64,000 nucleotides of DNA, taken from contig CAWAOD010000014.1 in NCBI GenBank assembly GCA_963783575.1, forward strand, positions 256,001 to 320,000. Direction: 5' to 3'. Shown piece by piece: positions 58,933 through 64,000 of the stretch. This stretch comes from an uncultured Spirochaetota bacterium. Lineage in GTDB: Bacteria; Spirochaetota; Brevinematia; Brevinematales; JAOACQ01. The translations under genes and the position numbers were made by a program. Every line of letters begins with the position of its first letter. The stretch's first letter is position 1. The notes beneath the pieces are model-generated. The model searched no databases, was not told the origin of the DNA, and saw only the letters and a program-made list of their open reading frames with translations.

Positions 58933-60543
58933 TTAAATAATCTTGTAGAAATCTTTAGAAATTCCTATCTTCAAATTCTCATCAAATTCAACTATTCCCC
59001 TATTCTTTAAAGAATCAATTATTTCAAAATATGATTTAATATCAAGGCCTGAAAGTGCTCCATAACCTTTATTAACTGAGTCGCTGGTTTTATACCCGAT
59101 TATTATCTCTCTAAAACGGTCTATATCAAACTTATTATTAGGAGAAAAACAGGAAATCAATTTTTTTTCAATTTGATCCAACTTCTTTTTATGAAAACCG
59201 GCTTTCTTTTCAAGGCAATAATCGCATATTCCGCAATCTTCTCCGGCTTCGCCGAAATAATGTCTGATAAATCCTGTTCTGCAAGATGAAGATGAAATGA
59301 AACGTTTCATTACAAGTACTTTTCGGAAGGCAATATTTCTTTTTTTCAAATATGCATTCCTGAATTTTTTTATATTTTTAGGTTCATCAATTCCAAGCAT
59401 ATTACTTAAATTATCAATTTTGTCTTTTTCAACATCTTTTAAATCTTTCTTGTTGAATAAATTTATAATATCTTTCCATTCGGGATAGAAATCCGAAACT
59501 ATTGAATTCAATCCTTTATAATCAGTAAGATGTACTAATATTTCCGCTTCCGATACCTGACCGTCCCTTCCTGCTCTTCCTATTTCCTGATAGTATTCTT
59601 CTATTTCGATAGGAATATCAAAATGAAAAATTTTCCGGATATCTTTTTTGTCTATTCCCATACCAAAAGCCGATGTTGCAATAATAATATTTTTCCTGCC
59701 GCTAATGAATAAATCCTGATTGGCTTCCCTTTCTAATTTTGTTAAACCTGCATGGTATATCGTACTTGAAAATCCGCTGGATTCAAGCAGATAGGACAGA
59801 TTATTACACATATACTTCGATGTTGTATAAATTATTGTGCTATTTTCATAATCCAGCCTATTCAGCAGATATTTTATTTTATTATCAATAAAGCTTACCG
59901 AAATTTTAATATTTTCCCTGAATGAGCTTTTCTTGAAGATTACCGGATTCTTCAGATACAGATGCCTGATTATATCCTCTGTTATTTCGGGAGTCGCCGT
60001 TGCAGTAAAAGCTGCTGTAACCGCTTCTGGAAAATGTTTTAAGAAAAGGTGGATTTTCAAGTAAGAAGGACGGAATGTATTACCCCAGAGTGATACACAG
60101 TGGGCTTCATCAACAGCAATAAGTGATACCTTAATCCCTTTATGAATCAATATCATTGAAAATTCAGGATTGATAAGCCTTTCAGGTGTTAAATACAGAA
60201 TTTTTAAATTTTGTAAATTATCGATTACATTGTTTATTTTATTTGCAGTTCTTGAAGATGAAAGATAATCGCATGACTCAATATGTCTTTCTTCACGAAG
60301 GGTTCTAATCTGATCCTTCATCAGTGATATAAGCGGTGTTACAACTAATGTCAGTCCTTCTAGCATAAGCGCGGGAATCTGAAATGTGGCGGACTTTCCC
60401 CCGCCTGTTGGAAATATAGCGACGGTATCTTTATGATCAAGAATGCTTTCAATGACATCGAGCTGGAATTCACGGAACTGTAAAATATTAAAAGATTCTC
60501 TTGCGATTTTATAAATATTCTGTAATTGAATTAATTTATCCAA
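58933..60543 (-). CDS. recQ: RecQ-family ATP-dependent DNA helicase
   Basis: PTGGGKSATFQIPA, PLISLMKDQ, VDEAHCVSLWG..FRPSY, TATAT, YHAGL, AFGMGIDK, YYQEIGRAGRDG, CR..CGICDYC. Confidence 0.92.
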   Translation of the reverse strand: MDKLIQLQNIYKIARESFNILQFREFQLDVIESILDHKDTVAIFPTGGGKSATFQIPALMLEGLTLVVTPLISLMKDQIRTLREERHIESCDYLSSSRTANKINNVIDNLQNLKILYLTPERLINPEFSMILIHKGIKVSLIAVDEAHCVSLWGNTFRPSYLKIHLFLKHFPEAVTAAFTATATPEITEDIIRHLYLKNPVIFKKSSFRENIKISVSFIDNKIKYLLNRLDYENSTIIYTTSKYMCNNLSYLLESSGFSSTIYHAGLTKLEREANQDLFISGRKNIIIATSAFGMGIDKKDIRKIFHFDIPIEIEEYYQEIGRAGRDGQVSEAEILVHLTDYKGLNSIVSDFYPEWKDIINLFNKKDLKDVEKDKIDNLSNMLGIDEPKNIKKFRNAYLKKRNIAFRKVLVMKRFISSSSCRTGFIRHYFGEAGEDCGICDYCLEKKAGFHKKKLDQIEKKLISCFSPNNKFDIDRFREIIIGYKTSDSVNKGYGALSGLDIKSYFEIIDSLKNRGIVEFDENLKIGISKDFYKII

Positions 60544-60588
60544 AAGTTATCTCCCATAAATATACGGAAGTTTATTTGACAAAGAATT

Positions 60589-61650
60589 TCATGATTGAAA
60601 AAGATATTTGAAAGTCGTATCGATTAAATCCATTAATTCGGGATCGAATTTGCTTTTTTCCATCCTGAGTCTTGATATATATTCTCTATAAGGGCGCTGT
60701 TTGTAAGACCATTCGCCGGCCAATATCAATTCAAAATAACTGCAGATACATATCATTTTTCCTAGAAAGGAAATGTCTTCACCGGAAATGCCTTTCGGGG
60801 TACCGGTACCGTCATAAAATTCCTCATGCTCGACAATCCCTCTTAATACTTCATCATGAAGCTCATGTTTACTGTTTTCTGATAACACATATTTATAAGA
60901 TTCGATAGGATGAAGCTGAAAAGTGCCGGTTTTACTTTCATTGATGTCTATTCTTTTCTTCTCAACAATCCAGGCTTCATATTTTAATAGTCCTATATCA
61001 TGCAGAAGGGCTGAATATATAATATTTTCAAGCATTTTAGCGTCTATCATACCTGATAATATTTTTATCGCATAGGAATGAAATGTTATCATAGCTATAA
61101 AGCATGTATTTACCGAGTGTTCGAATAATTTTTTTGAAAAGGATTTAATCTGGGAAAGTTTCCAAACAATATAGTCGCTTTGAGTTAAAACCGATTTCAA
61201 ATATTTTATAACAAATCCCTTTTTTTCATCTGAGAGATTTTTAAAAGTTTCGGATTTATCAAAAAGCGATAATAAATAACTTACCCATTCTATTCTTTTT
61301 TCTTCTGCAATATAATGGGGAACTGTTGTTCTTACCCTTACAAATATATTCAATTTCTCAGGGCATCTTTCCCTTATCTTGGCTATATCTTTTTCTGCCA
61401 GAACTTTCTCTGATCCGATCAAAATGTTCATTTTCGAATCCTGAAAAGGTTCCAGAAGCATTAAACTTTTACCTTTCCTAATCTCTGATTCTATTGCGTC
61501 AATCGTCAGCAAAAATTCTTCCATCAAAACCTCCGGTACAATTAATACATGCGCGCCCCTGGATGCCAATAATTTTGGTGTCCTGATTATTCTGTATTTA
61601 TAATTTCGCAACTTTGCGAAAATTATATTGCTGTGGGAAAGTTTATTCAA
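60589..61650 (-). CDS. HD-GYP-like domain protein
   Basis: FEHSVNT, ALLHDIG, HP..SY, HEEFYDGTGTPKG..I. Confidence 0.8.
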   Translation of the reverse strand: MNKLSHSNIIFAKLRNYKYRIIRTPKLLASRGAHVLIVPEVLMEEFLLTIDAIESEIRKGKSLMLLEPFQDSKMNILIGSEKVLAEKDIAKIRERCPEKLNIFVRVRTTVPHYIAEEKRIEWVSYLLSLFDKSETFKNLSDEKKGFVIKYLKSVLTQSDYIVWKLSQIKSFSKKLFEHSVNTCFIAMITFHSYAIKILSGMIDAKMLENIIYSALLHDIGLLKYEAWIVEKKRIDINESKTGTFQLHPIESYKYVLSENSKHELHDEVLRGIVEHEEFYDGTGTPKGISGEDISFLGKMICICSYFELILAGEWSYKQRPYREYISRLRMEKSKFDPELMDLIDTTFKYLFQS

Positions 61651-61678
61651 TATATCAGCGCTGTGTATGATAGCTTAT

Positions 61679-63187
61679 TCAGGATTCTTCCGATTCCATC
61701 ATATAATTCGGGGCTTCTTTTGTAATGATAACATCATGAGGATGAGATTCCCTTAATGATGCTCCGGTAATTTTCATAAACCTGGTTCTGGATTTGAAAT
61801 CAGAAATTGTAGGCGTTCCGCAATATCCCATTGCGGATTTTAACCCGCCGATAAGCTGGTAGACCACATCTTTCAAATCTCCTTTATACGGTACTCTTCC
61901 CTCGATTCCTTCCGGTACCAGTTTCTCCGGTTCATAATCGTCCTGAAAATACCTGGATTTCGATCCTTCTTTCATTGCTCCCAGAGATCCCATTCCCCGG
62001 TATGATTTATACCTTCTTCCCTTATAAATCACAAATTCTCCGGGGCTTTCCGTAGTACCTGCAAGTAAATTGCCTATCATAACTGAATCGGCTCCCGCAG
62101 CTATTGCTTTCGCAATATCGCCGGAGTATTTTATCCCGCCGTCCGCAATAAGAGGTATGCCGTACTTTTTTGTGGCGGAATAAACATCCATAATAGCGGT
62201 AATCTGGGGAACGCCTATTCCGGCAACAACGCGGGTTGTACATATCGAACCGGGGCCTATTCCAACTTTAACCGCATCCGCTCCGGCTTCTATCAAATCT
62301 TCTGCGGCTTGCGCAGTCGCAATGTTTCCCGCAATAATATTCTGCCCCGGGTATTCTTTTCTTATAATTTTTAACATATCAATGACTTTTCTATTATGCC
62401 CATGCGCTGTATCTATAACAATAACATCAACCTCAGCCTCTATGAGCTTTCTCACCCTTTCCATCTCAATATCACCTGTTCCAACTGCTGCACCTACCCT
62501 GATCCGGCCATTTTCATCCTTGGTGGCATCCGGAAACTCGGCTATTTTAGTAATGTCTTTTAAAGTTATCAAACCGGTAATTTTATTGCTTTTATCAACT
62601 ATCGGAAGCTTTTCAACCCGTTTCTCCCTCATTATTTCGCTTGCTTTTTTTAAATCAACCTCGCCCTCATATGTTACCAGATATTTCCTTGGGGTCATAA
62701 TATCTTTAATAGGTTTTACCCCGCTTTTGTCCGATTCGAAAAAATCAAGATCGCGTCTTGTTATGATTCCCATTAATTCATTGTTTTCATTCACAACAGG
62801 AATTCCGGAAATGTGGTATTGGTGCATTACATCCCTTACATCCTTCACCTTTTTATCGATAGTAAGTACAATTGGATTTGATATGACAATGTTTTCAAAA
62901 CGTTTTACCTTTTTAACCTCTTCAACATGCTTCTCTATCGGAAAATTCCTATGTATTATTCCTATGCCTCCAAGCTGTCCGATAGCGATAGCCAGGTTTG
63001 ATTCGGTTACTGTATCCATTGCTGACGAAACAATCGGGATCTTCAATTTAATATTTTTAGTAAGGTACGATGCTGTATTTGCTTGAGTAGGAATAACTGA
63101 TGACTTGTTCGGTATGATCAATATATCGTCAAAAGTCAATCCCTCACGCTGTGTATAAAACTTATTATTAATATATTCTTCTTCCAT
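61679..63187 (-). CDS. guaB: IMP dehydrogenase
   Basis: [22 protein letters not shown] pair, [35 protein letters not shown]. Confidence 0.98.
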   Translation of the reverse strand: MEEEYINNKFYTQREGLTFDDILIIPNKSSVIPTQANTASYLTKNIKLKIPIVSSAMDTVTESNLAIAIGQLGGIGIIHRNFPIEKHVEEVKKVKRFENIVISNPIVLTIDKKVKDVRDVMHQYHISGIPVVNENNELMGIITRRDLDFFESDKSGVKPIKDIMTPRKYLVTYEGEVDLKKASEIMREKRVEKLPIVDKSNKITGLITLKDITKIAEFPDATKDENGRIRVGAAVGTGDIEMERVRKLIEAEVDVIVIDTAHGHNRKVIDMLKIIRKEYPGQNIIAGNIATAQAAEDLIEAGADAVKVGIGPGSICTTRVVAGIGVPQITAIMDVYSATKKYGIPLIADGGIKYSGDIAKAIAAGADSVMIGNLLAGTTESPGEFVIYKGRRYKSYRGMGSLGAMKEGSKSRYFQDDYEPEKLVPEGIEGRVPYKGDLKDVVYQLIGGLKSAMGYCGTPTISDFKSRTRFMKITGASLRESHPHDVIITKEAPNYMMESEES

Positions 63188-63234
63188 ATTTTCCCTCCAA
63201 TTATAGTCACTAGCCGCCTCATTAGCTTTATGAA

Positions 63235-64000
63235 CTAATTCAGGCCCAAAACATCTTCAATCTTATATAAACCCTTACCATTTTTAACAATATACTTTGC
63301 GGCTTTTACGGCACCTCTTGCCAATGTTTCACGGGAGGTCAACTTATGGGTAATCTCAATTCTTTCACCGATACCAAGAAAATTGACGGTATGGTCGCCG
63401 ACAATGTCTCCGCCCCTGATTGCTGACATGCCGATTTGTTTGCCAGGCCTTTCACCGGTAATTCCTTCCCTGCCGTATATCACGTCATTGGTATGATAAA
63501 CCTCTTTTAATATATTGAGAAGCTTTATCGCTGTACCGCTCGGTGCGTCTTTTTTCAACCTGTGGTGGGCTTCCACTATTTCAACATCAAAGCCTTCGTC
63601 CAGTATTTCTGCAGCAAGGCGGGTCAATTTTGCAATAAGGTTAACACCGATGCTGTAATTCGGTGACCAGATTACAGGTATCAATTTTCCCGCTTCCCGG
63701 ATTAAATTCATTACTTTATCATCCAGGCCTGTTGTTCCAATAACAAGGGCTATTTTATTATTAACTGCGATTTCTATATTTTTTTCTGAAGCCTTCGGTG
63801 ATGAAAAATCTATTATTGCATCGCATTCAGTGGCATATATTTCGGGATTGCCGGTTATAGCAATACCAATATTTCCAATACCGGCAAAAATGCCGGCATC
63901 CATCCCGATATATTGCGAATCTGCGGCTTCAAGAGCTCCGGCTAGCTTTAATTCCTTATCCCCTTCAATAACTTTGATTACAGTTATTCCCATTTTGCCC
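63235..64000 (-). CDS. dapB: 4-hydroxy-tetrahydrodipicolinate reductase, 5' end outside the window
   Basis: IDFS, VIGTTG, SPNYSIGVN, EIVEAHHRLKKDAPSGTA, IRGGDIVGDH. Confidence 0.95.
   Translation of the reverse strand, partial: GKMGITVIKVIEGDKELKLAGALEAADSQYIGMDAGIFAGIGNIGIAITGNPEIYATECDAIIDFSSPKASEKNIEIAVNNKIALVIGTTGLDDKVMNLIREAGKLIPVIWSPNYSIGVNLIAKLTRLAAEILDEGFDVEIVEAHHRLKKDAPSGTAIKLLNILKEVYHTNDVIYGREGITGERPGKQIGMSAIRGGDIVGDHTVNFLGIGERIEITHKLTSRETLARGAVKAAKYIVKNGKGLYKIEDVLGLN

Noticed and set aside
62322..63086. 254-aa plus-strand ORF
   Set aside because: Antisense shadow of guaB with no recognisable motifs

Overview
Low-GC bacterial chromosome segment. A diderm spirochaete is the likely source, inferred from lptC/lptA, a LolA-like exporter, carD and a SprA-like protein. 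Housekeeping genes dominate: moxR/DUF58, nfi, lptCA, rho, tRNA-Leu(GAG), ribD, dnaA, rpmE, xseA, dnaX-ebfC-recR, carD, tmk, cca, an opp operon, recQ, guaB and dapB. Main points of interest: (1) an IS110-family element (43736-45022) inserted into a Shine-Dalgarno sequence; its circle junction would form TTGACA-N17-TATGAT, and its left non-coding end folds into a two-loop bridge-RNA-like structure whose arms match the target and donor junctions; (2) a menA/dmkA - ndh2(DoxX) - polyprenyl synthase locus resembling the core of Firmicute flavin-based extracellular electron transfer, with four tandem flavinylation-like motifs inside the Ndh2 membrane domain; (3) a 1.9k-aa SprA/Sov (T9SS translocon)-like protein; (4) a GalT-GalK fusion; (5) strong Thr-Asn enrichment in exported proteins. 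Several single-base frameshifts in homopolymers (moxR, rho twice, dnaX, one small ORF) suggest sequencing or assembly errors. All family assignments come from motif recognition by eye; no database searches were run.
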